Source: a virus. Taken from it: DNA of 38,389 bases. Below are positions 9,628 through 18,771 of this stretch, in pieces. Where the stretch lies: the IMG/VR virus record IMGVR_UViG_3300028114_000002. One strand, given 5' to 3'. The notes under the pieces are model-generated. The model ran no database searches. It worked only from the letters and a program-made list of their open reading frames with translations, and was not told the DNA's origin. Both the position numbers and the translations under genes were made by a program. The first letter of the stretch is position 1, and each line of letters starts with the position of its first letter.

Positions 9628-10094
9628 TATTTGCTCCTAGCGAGGAAACCGCTCGCGGTCGAAAGCCCTTGGCCGATGACCGGGAGCACGTTCGCCTCAA
9701 AGCTCGAAAGCCGCTCAGCCTGCTCCATGGATGCGCCGGCTTTCAGGAAAGCCTCGCGCGCCTTGGCCTTGCCGTCGTCGATGATCGCGCGCTCCTCGCC
9801 CACCTGGCGAGCCTTCGCGTTCGCAAGCACAAGCATCGGCGAACCAGTCAGATCTACTCCCCCGCGCGCGAACGCCGAAACCTGCGCTCCGCGAAACTCT
9901 TCTGACTGATCGCGGTAGATGCTAAGCTCACGTTGAGTCGCGGCCTGTGCAAAACGAGCCTGCTCTTCCAGGAAGGAAGCGTTTGCGCGCTCAGCTTCCG
10001 CCTGCGCCTGGTTTGCCTTGATGTTGCCGTAGGCGCTCGTCGCGAGCCCAGCCGCGGCAATTGAGCCTAAAATGACCCCCGTACCTACAGGCAT
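9627..10094 (-). CDS. Internal virion protein (gp14-like position, 155 aa) with an N-terminal hydrophobic segment
   Basis: MPVGTGVILGSIAAAGLATSAYG is a membrane-like segment followed by a coiled-coil-like A/Q/E-rich region. First of the three core genes after the gp13-position genes. Confidence 0.55.
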   Translation of the reverse strand: MPVGTGVILGSIAAAGLATSAYGNIKANQAQAEAERANASFLEEQARFAQAATQRELSIYRDQSEEFRGAQVSAFARGGVDLTGSPMLVLANAKARQVGEERAIIDDGKAKAREAFLKAGASMEQAERLSSFEANVLPVIGQGLSTASGFLARSK

Positions 10095-10097
10095 CCC

Positions 10098-10496
10098 CTA
10101 CCCCACTTCCCGGATTAGAATAGTCGCATCCTCGACGCAGGTAAAGCCAAGCCGGCGCGCAAAATGCTTTGCAATCTCAGGCTTTGTGAAGTGCATAACT
10201 GCCTTCATGTTGCAGTCGCGGGCTGCCACCATGAGATGATCGATCAGGTAGCCCAGCGCCTTAAATCCCATGATCCCAAGCGTCGGGTCCGTTGCCGTCC
10301 ATTCGAGCACGCCCAGACTCGAATTCGTGAGGTACAAAAACCCCACTGCCGCGGGCTTCCCCTCGATCTCAACAATCATCCCCGTCGCCGGCAGGAACTC
10401 TTGGGGAGGCACACCCTTTGCATCCCAGCCGTGCCCAATAAACCACCCCGAGATCAGCTCGTAATCGCTCGGTTGGTACTTACGCCAGGAGAGCAT
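10098..10496 (-). CDS. GNAT-fold (acetyltransferase-like) small protein, 132 aa
   Basis: The internal ATG at 10496 (MLSWRKYQPSDYEL...) forms an ATGA overlap with the stop of 10496..10933. The track's upstream extension to 10733 overlaps that gene out of frame. The C-terminal ...HFTKPEIAKHFARRLGFTCVED resembles the GNAT beta-alpha-beta core ending in LGF. Confidence 0.55.
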   Translation of the reverse strand: MLSWRKYQPSDYELISGWFIGHGWDAKGVPPQEFLPATGMIVEIEGKPAAVGFLYLTNSSLGVLEWTATDPTLGIMGFKALGYLIDHLMVAARDCNMKAVMHFTKPEIAKHFARRLGFTCVEDATILIREVG

Positions 10497-10933
10497 CAAC
10501 GCACCCGCGCCATGATGTTGTAGTTGCGCCGGTCCTCGCCGAAAGCCTTCAAAAGCCCTTCCGATGCAAACCCGAGAGTAGTCGCCCAACGGTAAGCCAT
10601 CGCCTCGCCCTCGAGCACGTAGGCCTGTACGCGGTGAAGCGTGAGCGCCTGCTCGTAGTCCTGGATCACGCTCAGCACGCCCTTGGTGAACTGCACGGGG
10701 CAGGTGTAGATGTGCTTTGAGAAGATAGCCCAAACTTCAGCCACCCCCGCCCACAGGACCGTGCCGCCGACTGCTCCCAGGCAGAGGTCGTCCTCGGTAT
10801 AGAGCGTGTGCGCAAAGTTATGCGGATGATCCATGAAGTGCTCTTTGGTGTTGATCCCGTTCTCGCCAAAGAAAACGCTGGTAGGTTCCAGGCCGTCGAG
10901 ATGCCGGGGGTCAAACTTTTTGCGCTTAATCAT
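10496..10933 (-). CDS. GNAT-fold-like protein at the T7 gp13 position (145 aa)
   Basis: Lies directly downstream of tubular protein B, as gp13 does in T7. ...LGAVGGTVLWAGVAEVWAIF...AMAYRWATTLGFASEGLLKAFGEDRRNYNIMARV resembles the gp13/DUF2833-type acetyltransferase fold, from memory. Confidence 0.5.
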   Translation of the reverse strand: MIKRKKFDPRHLDGLEPTSVFFGENGINTKEHFMDHPHNFAHTLYTEDDLCLGAVGGTVLWAGVAEVWAIFSKHIYTCPVQFTKGVLSVIQDYEQALTLHRVQAYVLEGEAMAYRWATTLGFASEGLLKAFGEDRRNYNIMARVR

Positions 10934-13253
10934 TGGTCACACCGCGGGCAAAGATGCCTTCGACTTCCAGGGGGAGAGGAAGGTCCTGGGCCACGATGAG
11001 GTTCAAGCGCTCGCTCCACCCCGACTGGAAGCCAAGGTGGCGATCGCCCGTGAACAGCGGAATCTCGGCATTGTTTACGAGATCCGGCGTGCGGAATTCG
11101 ATCGTCTCGAGCTCCGAGTCGTTGCTCCCAAACTTAGCGCCCACCGTGCGGTTGAAGCGGATCACGATGTCGTCGATTGATTTGTTCGCTCCCTGCGCGG
11201 ATCCAATCACAGATCCCAGGTTGATGTTGCTCGTCTTAAGAAGGCTCCGGTACTTGAGCCCCGCGATCAGCTCGGTTGCGTTGATGTCGAGCGTGATTTG
11301 TCCCGAGCCGTCTACCACTTTCTCACCATGGTAGATCCCGTCAGCAAGGCACGAAACCGTCTGCCCGATCAAATGCGAGAAGCCGGTGAAGACTTTCCCG
11401 GGGCTTCCGAGTGTCACGATTTTGGCGGAATCCGAGAAGATCGGTTTGTCGAGGTAGCTGGTAGAGTTGTTGTAAAGGTCTTCGAGCTCAAACTCTTTGT
11501 TGATCCGCTCGAGGTACGTGATGTCGGCACCGTTGATCGTGCGCCGGACAGCCAACCAAATGTCGTCGTGCGTGCCTTCCGCATTCGGCGCCACGCAGAA
11601 GGACAGAATCTTAGGCGGCGTTGCCTTGCTCGACTCGGTGAGCACCCCGCCCAGCTCATGCCAGTGGAAGGCGGCATAGCCCTGATCGCGGTCACGCGTG
11701 CACGCGTAGAATCCGCCGTTGCGATCAAGTACCCAGAGCATCCCGTTGAAGTGCTCTTGGTTAGAAATCTGCACGATCTCGGGGTTCACGTACGTGACGC
11801 GCTTTGCGAGCATCTTTTTCGGCATGTGCTCGGCATACGTCGAAATGTCCGCCGCCTTGTAGGAATCTTCCTGGAAGTTGAAAACAAATTCCCGGAGACG
11901 GCGCTTGTTGCGCGGGATGAATACAAGAGAGTTCCCTTGACGCGCAGGCATAATGAGTGCCCCGCCGTGGGCCGTCTCTGCCTGGAAGCCCACGTTCAGG
12001 GGGCCCAGCGTTTGCGAACTGTCAGGGTTATTTGAGATGAATTCGCGCCCAGTCGAACCAAGCTGCAGCGTCTTACCAGCGGACATCCACACGATCTGCG
12101 AGAGTTCGTTGGAAGTGAGGTTCACATCATACGGGTCATCGTTCGCGACGGTATTGGGGCTGTCGTCCACATACTTTGCTTGGCGCATGTCGCCCAGGTT
12201 TCCGATGCGGGAGGCCCACAAACCGTTCGGGCGAAAATAGTGGCTTCCGTAATAGAGGCGGTTCTCGTAAAACGAAATCACGCCGGGATTGCCGCGGCTG
12301 TTGGCCTTCACCGTCGAGTTAGAGACGCCCTCTTTCAGTCGCCAGTCAGAAAAACACCAGCGAACAGTGGCGCTCGTATCTCCCAGGGTCTTGAGCACCG
12401 TCGCGTTCACGCTGCTTGCAAGCCCGTTCGATGGCGATACCAGCGAGGTGATGAGCACAACACCCGTCGTAGAATTCGATGCGTTCGTGATCCGCATGGC
12501 GTGCCCCACCATGGATTCATTGTAGATCGTGATCGGAAACCCACCCGAGACCGTGGTGGCGGGGATCGTGATGTTGCCAGTGGTGGCCGAAGGCGTAACC
12601 TGGAATAGTCCGTTCGACGGGTTCTCAGGCAAAAACGGCCAGGACTTGGCTGCAACTGCGCTCGAGAAACCAGTAATCGAAGTGTTAGTTTGTCCCAGGG
12701 CGGAATACGCCCAGAACATAAACAGGCCTAGGTCCGTTGTCCCGTCGTATTGGATTGCAAACGGCGGATGATCCTTCTGCACGAAGAACATCGCGCGCCC
12801 AAACTGTGTGTACTGAATTTCGCGAAGCTGCTGCGCAGTCGAGAATCCTAGGAACTGTGCGGCACCTGAAAGAAGCGAAAATGGAACCGAAGTCGTCACC
12901 GCAAGCTGCGTGACCGTTCCATCAGAGTTCAGTCGGTAAGCGTCGATCCCCTTGGCGCCGGCAACCGCCGCCACTGTGCGCGTCGTAAACGCGAGTACGA
13001 TCGTAACCCCATCCTGCACAAACGGGATCAGCCGAACATTCGTCTCATCCTTGATGAATGAACCGACCGAGCTACCGTGCCCGCCTACGTACTGTGCGCC
13101 AGGGCGGCGCATAGCACCGCCTTGCGGGAGCACGAGCATGTTTGTGAGCTCTTCGCATGAGTTTTTGTAGGTCTCGAGATCAACGCGCGCCTGCGCACGA
13201 GGAGAGACTTCGCCCGCCAGGAAGTGGGCGATCTGCTCGCGGAATCGTGCCAT
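10926..13253 (-). CDS. Tail tubular protein B / nozzle (gp12-like, 775 aa)
   Basis: Size and synteny. VISFYENRLYYGSHYF and DDPYDVNLTSNELSQIVWMSAGKTLQLGSTGREFI resemble T7 gp12 INDVFFFRNRLGFLSGEN and DDPIDVAVSTNRIAILKYAVPFSEELLIWSDEAQFVL, from memory. Confidence 0.8.
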   Translation of the reverse strand: MARFREQIAHFLAGEVSPRAQARVDLETYKNSCEELTNMLVLPQGGAMRRPGAQYVGGHGSSVGSFIKDETNVRLIPFVQDGVTIVLAFTTRTVAAVAGAKGIDAYRLNSDGTVTQLAVTTSVPFSLLSGAAQFLGFSTAQQLREIQYTQFGRAMFFVQKDHPPFAIQYDGTTDLGLFMFWAYSALGQTNTSITGFSSAVAAKSWPFLPENPSNGLFQVTPSATTGNITIPATTVSGGFPITIYNESMVGHAMRITNASNSTTGVVLITSLVSPSNGLASSVNATVLKTLGDTSATVRWCFSDWRLKEGVSNSTVKANSRGNPGVISFYENRLYYGSHYFRPNGLWASRIGNLGDMRQAKYVDDSPNTVANDDPYDVNLTSNELSQIVWMSAGKTLQLGSTGREFISNNPDSSQTLGPLNVGFQAETAHGGALIMPARQGNSLVFIPRNKRRLREFVFNFQEDSYKAADISTYAEHMPKKMLAKRVTYVNPEIVQISNQEHFNGMLWVLDRNGGFYACTRDRDQGYAAFHWHELGGVLTESSKATPPKILSFCVAPNAEGTHDDIWLAVRRTINGADITYLERINKEFELEDLYNNSTSYLDKPIFSDSAKIVTLGSPGKVFTGFSHLIGQTVSCLADGIYHGEKVVDGSGQITLDINATELIAGLKYRSLLKTSNINLGSVIGSAQGANKSIDDIVIRFNRTVGAKFGSNDSELETIEFRTPDLVNNAEIPLFTGDRHLGFQSGWSERLNLIVAQDLPLPLEVEGIFARGVTND

Positions 13254-13823
13254 CTAGTACCTCGAATCAAGCCAGGAAGATGCTTCCGGCGCTTGCTGGG
13301 AACCACGTTGCTGGGCGGAGTACGACCGTGCCTCGCGCATTTTCTCTTTCCAGAGGGTCTGCATGTTAGCAGCGAGAGTAGCGTTCTGCGTAATCGTATA
13401 CGCCATCTCAGCCGCCATCTTGTACGCAAGTACCTCTTGGAAGGCCGGCTGGTAGCTGCTCGTGTCTGTGTTACGCCAGGCGTAGCGAACGGCAATCACA
13501 TCGGTGTAGTTCGTAAGCAGCTGACCGCTTTCGATGATCCAGTCCACCTCGTTAGGGATGTTGGAGTCAAAAACTCCAAGGCAATCCCCCGGGAGCTGAT
13601 ATGCACGCGTGTATTGAAAAGCCGGTACAAGGCCCGCAATTTGCGCGACTTGCGCGCGGCGGGTCGCAAAATTCCACGGCTGAGAGGCGAGCAGCGCGTC
13701 CCTGGAAATGAAGTACGTGTCCTTGCAAGTGCGCCCCTCGAGAGAATCATCCGAGAGCGACGTTATCCGCCGCGCTCGGAGCTTCGCTAAGGCCGCGTTA
13801 CAAATCTCGACTTCAGTTGCCAT
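13254..13823 (-). CDS. Tail tubular protein A / adaptor (gp11-like, 189 aa)
   Basis: EICNAALAKLRARRITSLSDDSLEGRTCKDTYFISRDALLASQPWNFA resembles T7 gp11 [21 protein letters not shown]...QSRGWTFN. I chose the ATG at 13823 (MATEVE) because GGGAGGGAG lies upstream of it; the track's GTG at 13841 sits inside that SD. Confidence 0.8.
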   Translation of the reverse strand: MATEVEICNAALAKLRARRITSLSDDSLEGRTCKDTYFISRDALLASQPWNFATRRAQVAQIAGLVPAFQYTRAYQLPGDCLGVFDSNIPNEVDWIIESGQLLTNYTDVIAVRYAWRNTDTSSYQPAFQEVLAYKMAAEMAYTITQNATLAANMQTLWKEKMREARSYSAQQRGSQQAPEASSWLDSRY

Positions 13824-13876
13824 TCGGCTGCTCCCTCCCACCCCTGGGTGGCTATGATATAGCCCAGAACGGAAAC

Positions 13877-14332
13877 TTAGTCTTGGACGATGTAGAAAGC
13901 GCCCTTGATGAGCACGTTGCCCACGTCGGTTGCTTCCGTCCAGGCCAGCACAACGTCCACTTCAGAAGCGAAACGCTTCAAGTGTCCGGCATGCCCTGCG
14001 GCAGGCTTAGCCAAAACCGCAGCGCCACCAGCGTCGTAGCCCGATCCAAAGGCATCGTCATCTGCGGCAACAACCGCATCCGCCGAAACAAGGTTGCCAA
14101 TCTTACAGATACCCGTGGTGCCCGTGGAAGGGATTTGAATATCCCAACCAACAACACGCGAGCCTGCAGGGAGGCGGAGAAGGGTCAGGGTATCCGCGAT
14201 AGCTTGGACCGCGGCGCCCGTGACTTCAAAGTAGAATGCACGCACGCGACCACGTACGTTGCCGATCTCTTGCTTGTCGAGACCGACACCAGACGATTGG
14301 GCCGTGAACAGAGAGGTATTGACGTTCGCCAT
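13877..14332 (-). CDS. Hypothetical beta-rich virion protein next to the capsid gene (151 aa). Possible decoration protein.
   Basis: Clean ORF immediately after the capsid gene, with AAGGAG upstream (plus strand ctcctt at 14341..14346). No motif recognised; function inferred from position only. Confidence 0.35.
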   Translation of the reverse strand: MANVNTSLFTAQSSGVGLDKQEIGNVRGRVRAFYFEVTGAAVQAIADTLTLLRLPAGSRVVGWDIQIPSTGTTGICKIGNLVSADAVVAADDDAFGSGYDAGGAAVLAKPAAGHAGHLKRFASEVDVVLAWTEATDVGNVLIKGAFYIVQD

Positions 14333-14351
14333 GAAAGTGGCTCCTTATGCT

Positions 14352-14385
14352 TAAAATCAAAGGGCCCCGGGGGACCACCCCCCGG
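14352..14385 (-). terminator. Hairpin plus T-rich tract after the capsid gene (leftward)
   Basis: CCGGGGG (14367..14373) pairs with CCCCCGG (14379..14385) around a 5-nt loop. On the minus strand it is followed by GGCCCTTTGATTTTAA. Confidence 0.45.
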
Positions 14386-14406
14386 AGCGTTACTGCAGGG
14401 CAAAAC

Positions 14407-15348
14407 TTAGGCTTCGGTGCAGAGGATACCGACGACTTTAGTCTCTTCCAGGCGAACAGCGCCACAAGTCATGCTCGCGTACACTTGCTTGGAGTAGGAC
14501 TTGTCGGCGCGCTCGTCGATCCGGCCTTTGATCTCGGAACCGCTCGCAAGAACGATACCGCTTTCGGCCCAAGCAAAACACCGGCGGGTGTTGTTGCCGT
14601 TACCCGTCGAGAGCGTGACCGCGCCCGTGGTGGTGTTGATCGAGGCAAGGAAGCCGCCAGCGCCGGCCGTACGCAAGAGTTGCGTGCGGTGGAACTTGAA
14701 GCCCATGAACGTGTCCACTTCGCCGTGCACAAGCGCCTTGATGGCGTTGTAATCGGCAGAGGTGACTTGGTTCTCGCCCAGGAGACCGTCGATCTGCTTC
14801 TGCGAAACCGCAATGTGCAGCATCTCGTTCTCGTCCACGTCGGCCTGCCCGAAGAGCGACTTGACCTTGATCAAGGTCGCGACGTTCAGGTTCGACACGG
14901 CCGTCGAAGCCACGGCACCGACGTACTGTGCTGCCAGTTGAGCTTGAGTGCTGTCGCCTTCTTTACCAGTGATGGCCGAGCCAAGAGCTGCGTCGATGAT
15001 CTCAAGATCCATCGCGCGGCCAAGAGCCCAGGCTGCCGACATCGCGTAGGGGCTGGTAGGATCGATGAGAGCGCGGATGCGATCTTCCTTGTCGATCAAG
15101 TCGGCCCATTCGTAGTCGTTCATCTTCACGCCACGACGGCTGTGATCCGAGTTCACCAAGGGGGTGTCGGAATGACGGCCGACTTTCTTGATGGCGCTCG
15201 TGGGTCCGAGGCGGTCGTAGAAATCGACTTCGGCGTTCTGGACTTCGTTGCGCACGAAGGGACGCAGACGCGAGCCCTTTTGTTGCGCGAGGTGGAAAAT
15301 GTTGTCAGAGAAGCCCTTTACAAAGGCTTGCGGGTACAGATTCGACAT
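14407..15348 (-). CDS. Major capsid protein (313 aa, presumed HK97 fold)
   Basis: Position after the scaffold gene, size, and strong AAAGGAG before the ATG (plus strand ctccttt at 15359..15365). Terminator-like hairpins on both sides suggest a highly expressed unit. Composition is typical of podovirus capsid proteins. Confidence 0.8.
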   Translation of the reverse strand: MSNLYPQAFVKGFSDNIFHLAQQKGSRLRPFVRNEVQNAEVDFYDRLGPTSAIKKVGRHSDTPLVNSDHSRRGVKMNDYEWADLIDKEDRIRALIDPTSPYAMSAAWALGRAMDLEIIDAALGSAITGKEGDSTQAQLAAQYVGAVASTAVSNLNVATLIKVKSLFGQADVDENEMLHIAVSQKQIDGLLGENQVTSADYNAIKALVHGEVDTFMGFKFHRTQLLRTAGAGGFLASINTTTGAVTLSTGNGNNTRRCFAWAESGIVLASGSEIKGRIDERADKSYSKQVYASMTCGAVRLEETKVVGILCTEA

Positions 15349-15527
15349 GTGGAATGTCTCCTTTGGTTTCGAGTTGTGGGTTCAGATTACCGAGCGATAT
15401 CGGAACTGCCCTCGAAACCGAGGATTCCTTCGCATCGTGCCTGCTTTCAGGCGCGCTACAAACGTGGCTGCTACTTAGAGTGGACCCGAAAAGGGTTGCC
15501 CACAAACAGCCGGGAATCCGAGGATGC

Positions 15528-15576
15528 TAAAATAACACTCCCCCCGGGACATCTACTAGAATGCCACGGGGGGAGT
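15528..15576 (-). terminator. Hairpin plus T-tract after the scaffold gene (leftward)
   Basis: ACTCCCCCCG (15537..15546) pairs with CGGGGGGAGT (15567..15576), a 10-bp stem. On the minus strand it is followed by GTTATTTTA (15536..15528). Confidence 0.5.
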
Positions 15577-15598
15577 TAAATGCAAGTACCGGGGCTAA

Positions 15599-16468
15599 CT
15601 ATTTTTGCTCGGCAGGGTAGCGCTGCTCCCAAAGCTTCGACATCTCGGCCACCGCTGCCTGGTGGTTCGGATGATCCTTCAGGTAGTAGGGGTGCTGGCG
15701 ATCGCTCTTGATTGACTCAATGCGTTCCTTGGCCTGCTCAGGAGTCATCCCACCACCCTCGCGCGACGTGCCACCAGGGAGCTTGTCCTCTCTAAGCTCA
15801 GCCCCGATTTTGGCGAACACTTTGATGAGCCGCGAATCATTGTTCAGCCCCGACTCTTTCAGGTGCTTTATCAGCTCGTCGCCGCCGAAGTCGCGGATCG
15901 CGAGTTCCGCAATCTTGATCTGCTGCTCAAACCCGTTGCCCCACTCTTTTTTGAGCTCGGCAATTTCTGCCGTCTGCTTTTCGGTGTGCTTTGCTTTCAG
16001 GGACTCGGCCGCACCTTTGGCAGTGAGGCCATACCAGTTGAGGAGCTTTTCGGCTTGCTTCGGGAGGATGCCCGCCTTGTGTGCCTGTTCCTTGAAGGAA
16101 TCGAGAAACGAGTCCTCGAGCCCCGCTTCCTTGTCGAGCTTCACCTGGTAGTCCTTCAACTCTTTCGGACGCCCCAGCTTGTCGAAGATGTTTTGCCAGT
16201 CTTCCTCGGTTGCGTGCTGATCGGGAACCGGGATCTTGTCTTTTCCGATGAGCTTCTGCGCGTTGATGAACGCCTTCGTCAAATTCGGAATGTCCTTGAT
16301 GCTCGCAAGCGAGGGGTCAGCGCGGAATTCTTCCGGGAGCCCTTCCTTCCAATTTTCCGGGAACGAGACGCTACTTGCAGGGGGAGGCGGAGCTCCGGCT
16401 CCCGACTTGTCACCACCACCACTGGCAGGGGCCCCGCCCGCAGTCCCCATGAATCCTTCATTCGCCAT
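15599..16468 (-). CDS. Scaffolding protein (289 aa)
   Basis: Lies between portal and capsid, as T7 gp9 does. Gly/Ala/Pro-rich N-terminus, then a K/E-rich helical body. Confidence 0.7.
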   Translation of the reverse strand: MANEGFMGTAGGAPASGGGDKSGAGAPPPPASSVSFPENWKEGLPEEFRADPSLASIKDIPNLTKAFINAQKLIGKDKIPVPDQHATEEDWQNIFDKLGRPKELKDYQVKLDKEAGLEDSFLDSFKEQAHKAGILPKQAEKLLNWYGLTAKGAAESLKAKHTEKQTAEIAELKKEWGNGFEQQIKIAELAIRDFGGDELIKHLKESGLNNDSRLIKVFAKIGAELREDKLPGGTSREGGGMTPEQAKERIESIKSDRQHPYYLKDHPNHQAAVAEMSKLWEQRYPAEQK

Positions 16469-16724
16469 TTTCGCTATCCTCCACGATTTTACGCAACCGC
16501 TCCGGGTTCACGTTTATAAGCTTCAGGATGCGGAGCACGACATTGCGCTCCCCCTCCCAAAAAATATGACGGTTGGGAGCTGCCGGATCAAACGTGCACG
16601 ACAGGACGTGATGCTGTTTGATTAAATCACGCAGCACGCGCTCCCCTGCCTGAGACGAAAAGATTTGCTTGTAGTCCTTCACACGCGCGAGCGCGGAATT
16701 CTCGACTTCTTTATTGTCAGCCAC
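16458..16724 (-). CDS. Small conserved head-module protein (88 aa) between portal and scaffold
   Basis: Clean ORF overlapping the scaffold start by 11 nt. ...FSSQAGERVLRDLIKQHHV...FWEGERNVVLRILKLI resembles the small Bbp19-type proteins seen at this position in other podoviruses; this recollection is weak. Confidence 0.45.
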   Translation of the reverse strand: MADNKEVENSALARVKDYKQIFSSQAGERVLRDLIKQHHVLSCTFDPAAPNRHIFWEGERNVVLRILKLINVNPERLRKIVEDSENGE

Positions 16725-16733
16725 GGGACTCCT

Positions 16734-18353
16734 TTACGCTTGTTTGGAAAGCTGCTCAAGTCCGATCGCGGTCGGCCCCAGTTTGGCGGCGCCATCGATC
16801 TGCTTTGCTTGCTGCTCCTGCGCCACGGCCTGCGCCTGCGCGTCGGCCCGTGCTTTCCGCTTCTGCTCAACCTCATCCGCATCCCGGATGATCTCTTGCG
16901 GGAAGTTGAACACGCGAGCAGCAAACTTCAAAGCGGCATCGCCATTCAAGTTGTCGAGCACGCTCTGATCTGCCTGCACGAACGGCGCGATGAAATCCAT
17001 CGTCTTCGAGATCGATTGCGCTTCCGCCACACGCTGCGCTTGCGCAATCATGGACGTGTACGCAACATCGATCTGCCGGCCACGGAGAACTTCGGGGGCC
17101 TCGTCAATCATTCCCTTGCGCTGCATGATCTCAAACACGCGATCAATCAAGGGACGTAAGAATTCCGATTGCTGGCGACCGAGCATAGGGCCCAGCAAAC
17201 GCATGCGCTCTTCAGTCCGCTGCATGACTTCCGTTGCCGTCATCTGCGGGCCAGTGTTGAGCTGCAACTGATCGATATAGAACGTCTGCTTGATCCGCTC
17301 GCGGCGCTCGCGCATGACTTCAAACCCAAAATCCACGCGCGTGTCGTTGAACACGGGCTCGATCCGGTCTTGCGACCCTGCACGGTAGTAGCTCACGCCA
17401 CCAGGGCGAGTTTTCAGCGGCATTACAAAGCCGTCGTCGGGCGCCTGCACCGGAGGATCGACGGCTTTCTGGGCGCCAATCAGCACCGTCTCAGTCATCT
17501 TGTTCAGGGTCTTCACATCCGGGAGTGCATTCATCCCGGGGCCGCGTCCGTAGACTTCGCCCGAGGCCTTCGTCCACCGCGGCACTACCAGGGGGAGTTC
17601 TCGGAACTGCCCCTCAGAGAGCTCCACTTCGTCCACTGACTTCAGAATGAACTGAGAGACGTAGCGGAACTTGGCGGTGGAAACCTTGGCTGCATCCCGT
17701 GGATAGATCGCCTGGATCAATTCAAATTTGTCTTCCACGCCCTTTTCATAGGCGCGCTTCAGATTGCGCGAGAGCTCGAGAACTTTCTCTCCGAATTGCT
17801 GCACGATCTGGCGCGCAGTCCACTGGAACGAGCGGTAGATTTCATCAATCTGCCCCTTGTTGTTCTCAGCGATGTAGAGCTCTTTGATGTGGCGAGCGGC
17901 AAACCGCACGACTTGATCCTCGTCCTCTTCAATCGAGAAACCGGCGGTGCCAATGCAGGGGAGATCAAGATAATACTGGTGCACTTCCGTCTGGAAGTTT
18001 GAGCCGTTGAAGACATTAAGCATCTTGCGCGAGCTGTTTTGCAGCCACTTGCGCACATCATCGAGATCATCGATCTCGGGGTTGCCGGTTGTGAGCATGA
18101 ACCACTGCCCAGAGGGGTTTGTCAGCATCCCATGCAGCGCTCCTGCCAGGAGCTCATTCGATTGCACTCCCGTCGAATCCAGGAGCACGAGATTGCGCTT
18201 CTGCCCCGGCGAGTACACGGTGTTGATATCGGAGCGGTTTGGGAGCATGTAGGTTGCGCACTCACGCCAGTGGGATTCCCACGTCGTGCGATCGGCCTTG
18301 AGCTGCTCGAAGCGTTTGCAAATCTTTTTTGCCGAGAGCTTATCTGCTGCCAC
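16734..18353 (-). CDS. Portal protein, T7 gp8-like head-to-tail connector (539 aa)
   Basis: RFEQLKADRTTWESHWRECATYMLPN resembles T7 gp8 VYERLKNDRAPYETRAQNCAQYTIPS. QMTATEVMQRTEERMRLLGPMLGRQQSEFLRPLIDRVFEIM resembles RVTAEEIRYVASELEDTLGGVYSILSQELQLPLVRVLLKQL. The size also matches (T7 gp8 is 536 aa). Confidence 0.9.
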   Translation of the reverse strand: MAADKLSAKKICKRFEQLKADRTTWESHWRECATYMLPNRSDINTVYSPGQKRNLVLLDSTGVQSNELLAGALHGMLTNPSGQWFMLTTGNPEIDDLDDVRKWLQNSSRKMLNVFNGSNFQTEVHQYYLDLPCIGTAGFSIEEDEDQVVRFAARHIKELYIAENNKGQIDEIYRSFQWTARQIVQQFGEKVLELSRNLKRAYEKGVEDKFELIQAIYPRDAAKVSTAKFRYVSQFILKSVDEVELSEGQFRELPLVVPRWTKASGEVYGRGPGMNALPDVKTLNKMTETVLIGAQKAVDPPVQAPDDGFVMPLKTRPGGVSYYRAGSQDRIEPVFNDTRVDFGFEVMRERRERIKQTFYIDQLQLNTGPQMTATEVMQRTEERMRLLGPMLGRQQSEFLRPLIDRVFEIMQRKGMIDEAPEVLRGRQIDVAYTSMIAQAQRVAEAQSISKTMDFIAPFVQADQSVLDNLNGDAALKFAARVFNFPQEIIRDADEVEQKRKARADAQAQAVAQEQQAKQIDGAAKLGPTAIGLEQLSKQA

Positions 18354-18755
18354 TTATTTCCCCGAAATCTGGCGCGCTGCGAGCGACCCGAAATATTGCT
18401 GTGCCGGCGACGGCTTAGAGAGGCCCACGTTCGGAGATGTCATCAGCTTCGCCGACTCTTCCGTCTGTGCGCGAGCCGCAGCTGCCCGGGCACTTGCAGC
18501 GGTAGCCGTCTGTGTGTACCGATTGATGAGATCATTCTGTTTGTTGATGATGTCGGGCTGGGCCAGGAACGATTGATCGTCTTTGCTTGTGGCTCCCAGG
18601 GCTTCGATCTCGGCGAGATACGCCTTGCGCTCTTCATCCGAGAGCTCCGCATTCTTATTGACGGCGTTGATGATCGAATCCCGCCCGCGGAGAACTTCCT
18701 GGCTGTAAAGCATGCCCTGTGCCGTGCCGGCCTGGCCGCGATCATTGCTACCCAT
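18354..18755 (-). CDS. Hypothetical protein (133 aa) between large terminase and portal
   Basis: ATG at 18755 preceded by GGGGAGGG. The stop abuts the portal ATG. No motif recognised. Confidence 0.5.
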   Translation of the reverse strand: MGSNDRGQAGTAQGMLYSQEVLRGRDSIINAVNKNAELSDEERKAYLAEIEALGATSKDDQSFLAQPDIINKQNDLINRYTQTATAASARAAAARAQTEESAKLMTSPNVGLSKPSPAQQYFGSLAARQISGK

Positions 18756-18771
18756 TGAAAGCCCTCCCCAT

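Noticed and set aside
10497-10733. Upstream 79 codons of ORF 10098..10733
   Set aside because: They overlap the gp13-position gene out of frame and read as R/G/A/H-rich off-frame sequence. The internal ATG at 10496 makes a clean ATGA junction.
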